A DNA stretch of 64,000 nt from assembly GCA_001949185.1 (NCBI GenBank), contig BDGG01000007.1, positions 1,384,730-1,448,729 on the forward strand, in the 5' to 3' direction. Below the pieces are notes generated by a model. The model made no database searches. It worked only from the letters and a program-made list of their open reading frames with translations, and was not told the DNA's origin. This DNA comes from Ramazzottius varieornatus (Eukaryota; Animalia; Tardigrada). Shown one piece after another: positions 22,380 to 35,500 of the stretch. The first letter of the stretch is position 1. Each line of letters opens with the position of its first letter. Made by a program: the position numbers and the translations under genes.

Positions 22380-25300
22380 ATCAAAATACGGAACAATCAC
22401 AATCTCACGCGTTCGCAACATTTTCAGCATAGAAACAAAGGTGATCAAATCTTTGGCTTGTCTCTTCAAGACGAATCCCTTCATCTTGACTACCATCTTC
22501 CCATCGTTGGTGACGTAGGCGTAGGACTTGGGGCCCATTGTGGCGAAACGGGTGATGTGCTGTCCGGGCTTCAGCTCACTGGAGAGGTTGCCAAGGACGT
22601 TGCCCACAGGAGGATCGACGGCACTTTCACGGCTCACGAAGACAACGGAATCAGTATCTGTAATCAAAGCAATGGTCAGTCCGCAATGGTCAGTCAGCGA
22701 GAAAGAAAAACCAAAGCAAAATTTACCGAAATACAAAATCCGTTCTGGGCGAGTACTTTCCACCATGTATCGTAGAAGGTGTAAGCGAGCATAACATGTG
22801 GTGAGGGCTGCGATGACCACGTTGACGGTACCATTCTGGTCCTCGAATCCTTCAGCGGCTTTGTACGGCACCTGTACCGTGTCGTCGTTGATCAAGTCCC
22901 ACGATGACACCTTGCTCTCCCCAGACAGCATCCGTTGCCAGAATTTGCCGGGATCGGTCAAGAACTCCGTATTACCACGGTTCTCTTGCATGCCGAAATG
23001 CCCCAAAAGCTACAAAGAAAATGAAATTTACAGTACTTATCAGAACGATGCATACTTTCAGGGTGCTTACCTGTTCAGGCACAACTTGGCTAAGGCTCGG
23101 AGGCCGGGATTGAGTTTAATGTTGACTCGGTCCAGCTAGATACCTTCGTGCTCCAGAAATTGTCCTACATACGAGTCCTTCTGCAGCGTTTCACAGTCAT
23201 CCGGGTATCCACTGGCTTCCGTCTTGATCTTGTAGAATAGGTCGATGTAGGGTCGGAAGAGCTCGTCTTTGGAATCGGCCCAGTGGTACACCTCGTGGAT
23301 CTTTCGAACGGTGTATCCATGAGCCGTAGCTGCCTCGATCTTAGGGGAACACCATGTCCCGGTTAGCGTTCGCTGACCATCAGAGTGCTGGCACGGACCT
23401 TACTGTTGTGTCTCGGCGCACTTTTCGACACAGGGCGAAGACCAGCTTCGCGCTGAACTTCAAGGGAAGGACAGGAATGTGGAGGTTTCGTGGAGAAAGT
23501 ATATCGCACTTGATCAGACCAAAGCTGAGCTGAGTCTGAGAAGTTGTCAGTGATCCGCTGATGGTGAACGATTGGATACCTGAAGAAAACAACAGTTCAG
23601 TGGAACGTCCAAAAGAACTAGAAAATAGAATACTTCCACATGACTTACCGACAGTTCCTGGACCCAAGGATACTCCGAAATGACGTCATAGTGAAGGATC
23701 TTCGCACCGGGACCAACTTCGTGGTGGAGTTTGAGACCGTTGGTCCGACCTCCGAAGAAAGCATCACGAGGATGGAGGGGCTCCATGGGGACAAATTCTT
23801 TGAGTTCTTCGTCTTCCCGGGCTTCTTGGTTGAATTGGCATTCCCAACAAGTCACTACCTCGTAATGCCGGCCTTCCAAGTATCTCTGCCGAGCCATGGT
23901 GTCATTGTACACTTCCTTCATGGTCTGCTTGCGAAGCGGATGAAGCGTGTCGGGTGGAAAACACGAGGGGCATCCGTGATAGAAACAGCCGTGGAACTCG
24001 AACACCATGGCTTCGCAGTAGCCATCCACGAAGAACTTGCCAATCTGCTTCTCATGGCCGTTTCCTCGATGGTCGATATTGATGTCGAGTCTACGAGCTG
24101 TCCATTCCAACCACTTAACACCCACCACTGACTGGAGACGGTTCTGGCCCTGGCTGGACAGAATAGCAATCTGGCCCTTCTGCAAGAAATTGGTGCGCCA
24201 GAAGACACTGCAGAAACCGGCGACAGTAGCAGCTGAGACGAAGGGACAAAGGCCATTGGTGATGGTCATGTACAGATCCCGGAACTGCTGACAGCAAAGA
24301 CGTAAGACGGTGACGTCCATCCGGCAATAGGTGTACATTTCCTTCTGTACGTCGTATTGGTTGCTCTTTTCCCTCGATGCTTGTGGTACCATTCCAGGAA
24401 GGTCTGCTTCTCGCTATCGGGCATGTTGTTGTAATCAAAGTCCGCCAGGGAGGGATATTCTATCGGTTCGGTCAGGTTCCAGTTATCAGGTCGGTTCAAC
24501 TTGTGGGGGAACGTGTCTTTGCATACCCTACTAGAAGGAGCAGACTTGGAGAATGCCGATTATGCCATCATGTACTCGGATTTGGACATACCAGACGATA
24601 TGCCTGCACTGGAACCATTGCTGATAAGCTCACCTGAGAACGACACCTTGCAGACCAAATGTCACTGTGGGTTATGGCCACTGTGGGTTGTAGCTGGCTA
24701 CTGTCGATTATAGTTCAGCGAGTCCCGAAAGTGAATATGGAACTGCTCCACGTCCAGCTGGATGATCTTGTTTCCGTTCATGAGCTTCGGCATGATGCCA
24801 TTGTTGACCAGCTACTGTAGAATGAAGTATCCATCAAAGGCCTGAAACAGAATATAGTGAAAAAGCTTCGTTCATGAGCTTTACTGATCAACAGTAAAAC
24901 AAATATGATTTACGTACCCGGAAGTTATAAGCAATGACGTGAAAGCCCTTATGTTTCTCTTGAAGGACGAAGCGACACAGATCTTCAGAGATGTCACGTC
25001 CAAACGGCTCATCCTCCGCTGGAGAGACTTCTTCCCCTCCTTGGTCGTCCTGTACCACAGCCATATTGGGGATAAGTCGACCGGTTTCTTCATCGACATA
25101 CGTCTCGAAGTCAAAGAAGAGGGAGCGAGCTTGCTGGTGACGTTGACGATCCGCAGTGGTGAAGGAGAGTCCTTCCATATAGCATTTGTGGCCCTTGAGT
25201 TGGTAGCTGCAACAGATGTGACAGAAGCTGACGTTACAACAATGCATGTTGTTTGGACTACGTATCCGAGTGTTGACGGTCTTTAGGCACTCCATGCAGC

Positions 25301-26775
25301 GGTACTTGTAACTGCAGAGGGCTTCGCGAACTTCACCCCTGACTTGAGCTTCGGACTTGTGGTAGTTGAAACAGTCTACACCGTTAAACTGCAGATCACA
25401 CTCGGGACAGCGGATCTTATTCTGTTCTTCCCGTGGACACTTATGACGAGGACATGCTGGACAGCGATGTTCACAACGATGCTGTCTCCGCTGGTCACAC
25501 TTGTCACACCCTAAATTCATCCAAAAAAGAAAAATCGACAATACGTCACGTAGTCTAGTGAGCCAGGAAAGACAGAACAGCAATTACAGTAGCTTTTCTT
25601 GAAACAGCCGGCCAGTGACGTCAGTAGATCAAAATGATCGTTATGATGCTAGAGGATGACGCTTTTGTCAGCCGGAGGCCCATTATGAACAAAGCTGTTC
25701 AGGTGATTAGCACTGCAGACGCCAAGTTGGAAACCAGGAAGAACCTTCAGAGGAAAAAAGAACGAGATGGGAAAACTATTTTTGTATCTTACGTCACAAA
25801 CCACATCATTTTCGGATCGTGCAAATGTTTTAGTACGACGGACAGAAAATCTTTCACTGTGGTCACTGTGGTCACTTCCGCCTGGAAAGCATCAGCATCA
25901 GCTATACTGTAGGCACGAACCGGAATTCCTGCTTTCCGGATAAGTTCCAACGCTGCATTCTTTTGAAGAGCAAGTCTAGCATCCTGCATCTTCTTGTAGG
26001 TTGCTCGATCGTCGTCCAACCTGGAAATTCCCACAACAATAGCTCGAGCCATGCAAATGTTGTCAACAACAATACTGGTGCTTTTGGACAGTCGATTGAG
26101 GAGGGCGGATGGTACATTGTCGATGGTTTCCCCGCTGGGTGGTGTGGCGTAGCTGACAACGATATTGAACGAGTCGTCGAATTTGAGGGCTTATTGAGAG
26201 TTCAGTACCTTCTGCACTTCAAACATCCATCTATTCAATGTCAGCTGTGACTTGAACATGGGCGGTGTCTAGATGGGAATGTCGAGTGACTCGGTATCGA
26301 TGCGAAGTCGGACGATATCCCGTTCGCCAACGTTAGCCAATACGACATCGATGATGTGATGCAAGACGGACATCATGGTGGGAACAACTTCATCGAAGGG
26401 GACATCTTGCATCTCGTTGATAGTGATCTTGTATCGGTCGAAGGTAAGGCCGTACTCACCGGAGATCATTCGTCCATGAGGCGTCACGTTGAGATGATCG
26501 GCGACCGGAGGAAGATCACGAGGTGCTCCCCCAAACTGACCGTTCTACGCGTCATCCAGTTCCATCATCTCACGAAGAGCGTCCCAGTCCTCCCAATAAT
26601 CGTCTTCGGCACACATGGTCCCGTCGCCCAAGCCACCAATCACCCCGTTCTCCACGTCTTCCACCTTCATCATCTCGAGGAGAGCATCCCAGTCCTCCAA
26701 ATAGTCGTATTCGTCCCTCACCGCTCGGAAAAGCTCATCCCGGTCGAAGGAAACATCCATGTCTTCGTAATCCAT
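22314..26775 (-). pseudogene. Protein-primed DNA polymerase B (Polinton) with spliceosomal introns and frameshifts
   Basis: Exo I FFDFET; Exo II IAYNFR|AFDGYFIL; YCRMDV; endonuclease-like insert FEFHGCFYHGC; AFFGGRT; motif A HYDVISEYP; motif B KLCLNS|FWG; motif C YF|DTDS; GPKSY; N-terminal DNICMARAIV. Confidence 0.93.
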
Positions 26776-27125
26776 GATCAGAAACAACAGAATGTCAAAA
26801 GTGAAGGCGTCGAATCCGCAAAACACCAAACGAACGTCACAAAATACAGTAGGTCAGTCTACGGGAAGAACACTGGATCTGCACAGAGCACGAATGAGGA
26901 AGTCAAAAAACGACAAGTGCAGAAAACTGGAGATCGACAAAATGACACGATACTACGTCAAGTCGCAGCAAAAAAGGATAGATGTGAAGTGCGGATAGAA
27001 TGGTGCAGAGTGCAGCTGTTTATCCGAAACCATGACAGCCTCCCGTCTCTCTCGATTAGTTTCTCATTTCGAAGGCTCGAGCAGCATTTCTAGTCAAACC
27101 TCCACTCTTTCCATATATATCCATC

Positions 27126-27800
27126 ATGCCCGCTTCGAGATGGAACCTTCGAGGGCTGCGAATCTCACAGTTCAACCGACAATATCGCAGTACTCGTAGT
27201 GTGGACAAGATGTATCAGCCTTTCGACCTAATCATCTCCGACCACGACTACCGTCATTATGTGCACCGTCGCATCCTGAACTCTGAACAAGGCAAACACC
27301 AATGGGAACTCACACCGGAGCAAAAGGAGCGACTCCTGGACCCCAACGCGGAAGTCACACCGGCTCTGATGATGGACTGGCTGTTCTACAACCCAATTTC
27401 TCATCGCCGCAACCGGGTGTTTGGACCCTACAATATCTTACCCGAAGTTCCGGAATCCATGCTGTCGGAGTTTCGCCAATGGCAGCGGATCAAGATCACC
27501 GATGAGATCCATTCTGCTTGCTGGGTAAATCTCTACAGATCGTATGAAAATCGAAATCTGTCTTTTAACTTTGGACGCTATTTTGGTTTTTATACTGACT
27601 TCCAGCTGGAAGATTATCGTTTAGCTACCAATGGCTTTTACTTTGATCCACAGCATAACACTGCCCAGTGCAACTATTGTCGAACCAAGATGGTCAACAG
27701 CATCGATGAGGAAATTCCAGCAAAACATAAACAGTCTTGTGATTATCTGTTTGTCTACTGGCTTTGTGAAATCTGGAATATGCTGTATGCAACGAAATAA
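27126..27800 (+). CDS. Polinton-associated protein with C-terminal BIR-like domain
   Basis: Open 224-aa ORF; YRLATNGFYF...AQCNYC...HKQSC. Confidence 0.55.
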   Translation: MPASRWNLRGLRISQFNRQYRSTRSVDKMYQPFDLIISDHDYRHYVHRRILNSEQGKHQWELTPEQKERLLDPNAEVTPALMMDWLFYNPISHRRNRVFGPYNILPEVPESMLSEFRQWQRIKITDEIHSACWVNLYRSYENRNLSFNFGRYFGFYTDFQLEDYRLATNGFYFDPQHNTAQCNYCRTKMVNSIDEEIPAKHKQSCDYLFVYWLCEIWNMLYATK

Positions 27801-28079
27801 ACTTGGAAACCTTCATCAGTCTAGAGTGCCTGGGAATGAGTAACAGAAAAGAAGCGGTGCTGGCCTTGTGCCAAAGGGAATTGCCTCTGACGTTACTGAG
27901 CCAGAAGAGAGACGCTCAAACACCCAACAACCAGTACCTCAGTATGGGCGACTCAGCGTGGACATGCGGCTTTGGCGAACCAACCGAAAGTAAAGTGCGC
28001 CACTCCAGCGGGGCCGTTTCCATGGCTGCCATATGGGCCCCATAGACTTTTGGCGTAGCCCGTAAACTTAACATAGCTC

Positions 28080-28399
28080 TTCGCCAAATGGCATACAGGT
28101 TTCTTCTTCCGTCTTTGTGGGATAGGATTGTCCTTCGAGCAGAGCTCAGCAACTTTCTTGATTTTCGTCGGTGTTCTGATAAGCGGTGGTCCAGGTTTCT
28201 TCTTTTGAATCTTTGCCGGGGAATTTTTGCAGTCTTCACTTCCGACGCTTCTCGATACCTTCGATACCGTAGATTTCACCACAGTATACCCTAGTTACCC
28301 TTCCTTCGCCAGTTTCTTTATATTTATGCTTTTACTGTAATTAGGTCTTGTAAGGGCTAAAATACGGACGCTGAGGTCCTCAGAGATTGGAGGAGGCAT
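28080..28399 (-). mobile_element. N-terminal fragment of a maT/Tc1-like transposase
   Basis: MPPPISEDL.VRILAL...KKLAKEG*...KSTVSKV...RTPTKIKKVAELCSKDNPIPQR; internal stop and apparent deletion. Confidence 0.6.
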
Positions 28400-29588
28400 G
28401 ATCAAGTTTTCGGAAACAGCAAAACGATCAAAAAAAGCCCACAAAATTAGTCCTCCTCACGACGAGCTGTTTGTGTCGCAAACGGTTGATTTAAAATTTG
28501 AGTTTGCTTAATCAACGGAAACTAGTCGTGAGTGAGGCAAAAATGCGTTTTACGAAAGTCTCGGAAACGGGAGCGGGAATGCGCGAGTTTTGCGAGGTAG
28601 GTTTGTAGGCAAACTGCCTCCTGAGTCTTGACTAGGCTGAAATTCATGGTTTTCTCTCTGGCTAGTCTCTGTCTGTCGATATTGCCGACACTAATAGGTA
28701 TCACGAAGCCCATGCGTGAAACGGTATCTCGCAACGTGAAACACTGTGCAGATAGAAATCAGCTGAGAAGGGAAAATTTGAAATTTTGAGTCAAGTGTGC
28801 AGAGAATAATCCGTTTTCGCTTTCAAGATAAGCAGCCCTCGAATAGCTCATCCTGAAAGCAAAACTTCGTAACCCACTTTCAAGATCAACTCAATCAACG
28901 GAGTTTTACGGTCTGTCGTGAGGAGGACTATTGTCTATCAGCTGATTTGCTCGGCAATCAAACTGGTTGATTACCTATTTTTCTGTTCGTGTTCAAAATC
29001 GTTCGCAGCAGTCAGAATCACCCTGTATGAACATCAGTTGATAGTTTGGCCACACGATATTCATGGTCGGCACTATAGTCAACGATATTTGGGCTGTGGG
29101 CAAGGTTCCTCAGAAGTCTGGGGTCATAGCGTAGAGGCACAGCTGATGAAATTTGAGAAGGACAAGGGAAGGCTTCGGGTTTTTCATGAGAATTCTCGGC
29201 CTCCACATGGCAAGCCTCCATTCCTACCCTTAGGCACCCTGCCCCCTAGGCCCCTACCTAAATTTCCTCGACTATGCCTCTACGCCGTGACCCCAGACTT
29301 CTGAGTTCTGCGGAACTCTGCCCAGAGGCCCCAGACTCCATTTGAGTAAGCCTCTACTCTCTTTTGAGTAGGTCTCCACCCTAAGCCTGGGAGCTTAGTT
29401 TCTGTACTCGTACCCAGTATCCAATCTGGTCCATTGTGGGACGTGTGATGCGCCTCGCCTGACCTCATTGTCTTTTTTGCTTTTTCAAATCTCCGCTGGT
29501 TATCGTCAGCCAAGTCAAACAGAGAAATCAACCAGAATAAAAACGGAAAGTCGTACGTTGTACGTGAAAACACAGCAAAGATTGTCTA

Positions 29589-32500
29589 TCAAAACTGTAA
29601 AGGACGGAAAGCGTGGCGACACCAGGTGGCGGCAGTAGCCGGCGGTCGATCATCCGCCTGTAAAATGCCAATCACTTCGCCATCCTTCCGCAGGGTGTTA
29701 AAAGACATTTTGTACACTTTGTCAAAGGCAAACTTGTTGACATTCTCACTGTTCAGGACACTGAGTGACAAAAACAAGAGTTCGCGGTACAAACTACGAT
29801 GGCGTTTGCCATTCGGCTTGTTCTGCATTTCTTGGAGAAACATTTTCATGGGCGTGAGCAGGTCGCTGTGGTCGCGGATGCGTGCCAGCATCTGGCCCAT
29901 CATACTGTGCGAAATGACTGGAGCTTCAAACTCCATTTCGAGATTGGCGGACAACCGATATTCATTTCCTACGAAGAGTTCTAGGTTTTCAGCTCCCACC
30001 CACATGACGATTTTATTGTCTTCGAGCTTACCTCTTTCAAACTGGAGATACAAAGGTAGTGAGTTTCCATAGTCCTTATTGAGAAAAGCGTCGTCCCACT
30101 GACAGCAGATGACCACAAAACGTGTTCTCGAAGCTAGAGACGTTGTGTGGCCCTATAAAGAAAAATAAATTTCAACAAGAAGTCCAAACGAATTCTGCTG
30201 AATATTTGGAACGTGAGCAGATGAACTGAACCGGATTATTATCTCAAGCGGCGCACGTTCTCATTGCTGTTGCTTAGAATTGTGCACCACTTGAAAAACG
30301 ACTTTTCTAGTTGGTTCGCCCTAAGTGGCGCACGTTTTGATTCTTAATAGCTGAAAGAGTGCGCCACTTGCGAAAAAGATCTGGTTCAAATCATCCGCGT
30401 TTCACCTTCTCACCATTTGAGTGAGTATTTTCATTCCATTCTCGTCGATGAGCAAACCAGTGAGATTTTGAGGAAGAGTCAACCGCTCGCAGTACCAAAC
30501 CTGCAAGAGAAGGTCCAGCATAAAAGACAAGAGGGTGGTGAGTTACGAACACGGAAGTGCAATACGAACCAAGTTCCAATAAATAATGGCATGAGCTTTG
30601 TGGAAATTTGCTTGTGTCAAACAGGCAGCTCCCTGGTTGGCTATCAGCGTCTCCAGCTCTTTTCTCAACACCAACGGACTCAGGTACGGCACTTTCAGCC
30701 TGTCTTTCAGCCGACAAGTGTTGATCGGAGAAGTACTCGCCGTGAGACATTCCGACTGCGAGACAGTGTCGCCTGCTTCCACAGCTCGACAACAGTCTAT
30801 GCTTGACTGATGGTCTTCGTTACTTCCTTCTGAAATCTTTCTTTCGTCCTGAGCCTGATTTTCCTCTATCGAGATCGAGGGTACTTCAGCTACACCATCG
30901 ACTTCATCGCCTATCACCACACTGAGACGTTTCGAAGGCGATTGTTCTTCTGCTGCGAGCAAAGACGAGCTACGAGTCGACTGGATTTTCTGAAGGAACG
31001 GACAATCCGACTCTAATTTGGTGGGTGAATGTGGATTGCCCTCCTCTTCCCAGTGCTCGTAAATGGTTATCGAGAGCTCAGGAAGGAAGTTCGTGGCGCA
31101 GTACGGACAGCGGCTGTTCAAGTTCGACTCATCCGGAAACCACCCCGCCATTACTTCCTCATCGTAGATGTTCGTATGGCAAACTTCACATACAACCATA
31201 CTGACCATGTCCACATGGACCAGGACTTGCTGGCCGCCTTTCGAGGCTTTAGGAGGCCAGGAATACGTGGGGAAAGCGAAGCCGTGGAATTTTCCACCAT
31301 CAACTGTCGTTTCACCGGTCTCTTCCATGCCTTCCTCCACCCATTCTCTACCTTGATCGTAATCCAAGTCTAGGTGGTAGTCCCCAAAATTCAGAGCGCC
31401 AGGAATGTCCCGAAGAGAGGACCCAGCTCGAGAGGGAGAGTAGGTTCCGGGGGAAGCCGTCGTTAGCGTTGTGGCCATTTCTTCGAGCTTCCTCGACAAA
31501 GCGGAAGTGACTGACTTCATTCCCGACATCAGCGCTGCTCCACTCTTAGCTAGTGGCGAAGCCTCAGTGGACTGAACCGAGTTGATCGACCGCTGCGAGC
31601 CTTTGACTTCCTCAGGAGTCTCAGCCAATCGACCATCTCCTCTGGCGGAACCGGAAGCCCCTTTACCACCCTGGAAAAACATTCCGTTATCAAGGGCGAA
31701 CCGTTGAAGTCAAGTGGGAACTCGTTTTCTTCAATGGCGCACATCTACAGTGGTATAAGCTAAAAACATGCGCCACTTGTGAACTTGGTTAGGGTTTCGG
31801 ATCATTTGGTTTCCCAAATGACGAACTTTCTCGGTAATATTGGATGAAACAGTGCACCACTTGGAAATCTGGTTTGGGTTTTGAATTACTTTGTTTTCCC
31901 AGTGTTACTGGCTATATAGTGCACCACTGGAAAAAAGATCTTCTCAGATTCGATTGCTTCCCAAAGTGGCGCAGGTTCTCTGTACTACTGACTGGTAGCA
32001 TGCGCCACTCGTACAAACGATCTGGTTAAGTTTGGTTGTCGAACTCTCAAGTTGTACCTTGTCAGCCGACCAGAATTTCTTGATGGACGAATAGGATTTC
32101 GATCCTCGAAGAAAGGCTCCAATCTTCGGTAGAACTGTGGTGAAGTCGCTGGAAGTGGAATGAGGAACACTAATGATTTCTACTCCCTCTTCCCCGTCGG
32201 AAGTCTCACGAGGAACCGACATACTCTTCATCCTTCTCTTTGGCGCCGTATCGACTCTTCTCACTTCTTCCTCTTTGGTTTCTTCTTCGTCCGCTTCGTC
32301 CAGTGGCAGCTCGATCGTCTTCACGTACTCATCGATAACTTCCACCGTTCCATTCACATTCAAGACGACGGGCGTTGAGACTCTCTCTGGCGACATGGCG
32401 GAAGGTAACGTCGAGACGGAAACCGTTGTGACTAACTTCTCGTCCATCTTACTTCTTCTCGAGTTGTCCGAATTCTCCTTCGGTTGTCTTTTCCGAGGAA

Positions 32501-35500
32501 ACGACGAAGACAGCATCGTGTCTCCATGGCTGAAGTGTCTTCTTCGATGCTTTGGGTTTTTTCTTGAACTAAGGCTTTCACCTGTGAGGCTACGATGACG
32601 ACGCTGCGGAGGCAATACCGCCATTCGACCCACTTCCTCTTTCAAGGTTTCGAACACCCCTTCATCGATTTCTCTTCCAGGTGACGCTGACATTACTCTT
32701 CTTCTCGAAATTTTAGAAAAAAGGTTAATTTGAGCTGAAGAAGTCGTCGAAAGCTTCGAGCTTCTTCTGACAATTTCGTCATTCGCCTGAGGCACGGCCT
32801 TGACCAGCTTGGTCGACCCATCAGGGCCGTGCTCAGCTGACGGCGACCATCTTGGAGAGTCGACCACGCCAGGCTTCAGTTCCGCCATCACAGCCAGAAA
32901 TTCCCCGCTCGTCAAACTATTCACACTGTTTCGTTTATCGTCATGATCCAAAGAAAAGAAGCCAGTGTCGGAGGAGCCACCCGTATTCCTCTTACTTTCT
33001 TCGTGTTCCGTCCCAAGCGTCGAATTCTTCTGCCCGTCAGTCTGATCCTTCTCTTCCACGAGTCTGTTCTCTTCTCCACCTCGATCTATTCGTTCTCTTC
33101 TCAACTTCCCAGCTTGCTTGAACAAGTACACTCCCCGTATGACATTCTGGACTTTCACCCAGCGCATGTATGGTGAGTCTGAGACGGAAGGCCAATGGCT
33201 CTCAAAGACTACCTTGTTGTAGTAGCCGTACGTGACAGCGTCAGGCAGAATACTGTGTTGCTTCATCTCAAACAGGACATTGACGGCTAAAGCTGGTTGA
33301 CTGTACTGCCCACACAACTGGATCAGTATCCTGTAACACACTTCATCAGGTGGCTGTAACCGAGCAGCCAGGACGCGCTGTAACGTCTCAAAGGCACTTC
33401 GCAGCGCTCTCGAGGGGGAGTTCGAGGCAGCCACAAAGGAAGGTAACTGCATAAACCACACAGCGTATCCTGTGGAGAGAAGGTACCTGGCCCACTGCTT
33501 AGGCTTCTGGTGGACAATCTGGGCAGCGTTCTGAGTGGTTCGGAGTTCTTGTTTGGTGCGGAGGTTGACCAGGTCTTCGGCGGGAATGGACATTCGGACC
33601 GTGTCTGCGTCGGAAATGTTATCGTTGGACTTGGCGGTGTTACTGTCGAAGAGTTCGAGCTGCAAGGTGGGGAAGACTTTTCCGTAGGTGTACTTCTCGT
33701 TGTTCTTGGAAGGCTCAGGAGGCGGAACTAATACGGTGGGGTCGCCTTGGACGTCGTCAGCTTCGATCAGACGCGTCTGCAAAACCCAGTCAATCAATGG
33801 ATTACCCGTACACCAATCAACTGACAGACTATCAGGCCATCACCAACTACAATACAAAGTTTACTCGATCAAACGCACACACCAGTAGGCAGTTGGATGA
33901 TGGTAACGAAAAAGCCAACGGTCAACTGTTGCTTTGACTTACCTCAGCGTATCCTTCCTTCTCCACCCGGTCCACGCAGTGATCGAAGAAAACCATTCCA
34001 TAGCTGGCTTCTCGATCCGACATGATGCTTCTTTCTTCAATGAAGCGGATGAACTGTTGGGTCCTGGTGAAAGAGTCGAAGAACTTTAGGTAAGATCGAT
34101 CGCGGCTCTTGAGGAACCCATCGAGATCGAAGAGCGCTGCTGGGTCTGTCGCTCCAATCGTCGGCGCTCCCACCATGGGCTTCAGATAGCTTCGGTATCC
34201 TTTCATGATGGATACCATGAAGTGCAGAAAAGCTTCTTGGATTTCCGTATCGAACTGCTTTGTCCTGAACCTGGCGCGGAACTCTCGCTCACCGGAAACT
34301 TCGGGCACAGCCTTGACTTGCTTCTTCTCCATTTGCTGCCGGATGGTGTCTTGCACCATTCTTGTGTTGATCTTGGTGATTCTCTCCATGAGAATCTTAG
34401 TGGCTTTCTTTGGTAAGTTCTTTAGCATCAAGTCTTTTCGATCTGCTGGTATCTCAATGCTCTGTGTGTCGAGGTCGACGTAGATTACATCTGGTGGAGG
34501 CTCGTACAAGTCGAAATACCTGCAAACAAAGCCGTATCAGCCACCTGAATACAAACATACTTTCCCCAAACGTTTAGCGCATTCATGTGCACGCCACAAA
34601 CCCCAAAACCAACTACCAGAGTAATATCTGGGACGAGAGAAGAAATCCAATTTTTGTATGCAGGTGGATTTCGCCAGCTGCGCGCAACCAGTACACAACT
34701 CGTCATGCATCAAGATACACGAACGTTGTAACCTAGCCTACGTCTTCAGTACGCAGGAGCATGTCGCAACGGAAAATGCGATCTTCCGGCTCTTTGTTAT
34801 CAGGGCTTTCAACTTTGAGATAAAAAAGACCTTCTAAACAAACATTCAGGTGTTTACCTTGAGTTGACTCCCACGATGAACGGTACCGGTGCGTTTAGCA
34901 GACCACAAAGACCCAGAGGACACAGCGGAACATACGGGCACTGCCAGACAAACGGAAAAATCATCGAAGTGAGACTCTCCGCTACCGCGGTTAAAACATC
35001 CGGCCTCAGCGAATGAAGACAGATCTTTTGCTCGAGGAGAGCTAACATCAGGACATGGGCGCAGTTCTCCGGGGACAGGTTCCTCAGCATTGCGCTGAAC
35101 GATCCGCCATTCGACGGGATGGGTGAATCGTCCGGGCGCGTTAGAGGAATGCTGAGAGGACTGTTGGGCAACTGGATAAGAACCTACACAAACACAGGAT
35201 AGAACAGGTACTCGGCAAACTAACCGGAAAAGATCGTTTTTTCAAGTGGCGCAGTCTTCGAGCTGATAACACTGGATGCGTGTGCCACTTAGAACACAAA
35301 CTCGACAAGATTGTTTTTTCCAAGCGACGCATTCTTCCAACTAATAATAGTGAGAAAGTGTGCCACTTGGGAAATCAAACTTGACGAGTTTGTTCGCCGG
35401 CCTCCCAGATAATCATGAAGCTCTATGTCGGATGCGAGATTAGAGACGCAATTCTCACTTTGGGTCGGTTGACTGAGGGGAATGGAATGGCATGAAGAAG

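Larger units (their letters stand above)
12140..27800. mobile_element. Decaying Polinton/Maverick (adintovirus-like) endogenous element; termini not identified
   Basis: Co-located pPolB, rve integrase, minor capsid, major capsid, ATPase remnant and core-type small proteins, tightly packed or overlapping, with many frameshifts and stops. Confidence 0.92.

Noticed and set aside
26356-27093. 245-aa + strand ORF
   Set aside because: Antisense shadow of the PolB N-terminal region with no recognisable motifs.
11368-28399. One maT transposase split in two by the Polinton (N-terminus at 28.1-28.4 kb, C-terminus at 11.4-12.1 kb)
   Set aside because: Orientation fits, but both pieces seem to contain the homologous RKK.KV..L segment (RKKKPVCHL vs RKKPKVYFL) and no TSD is visible, so two separate remnants are more likely.
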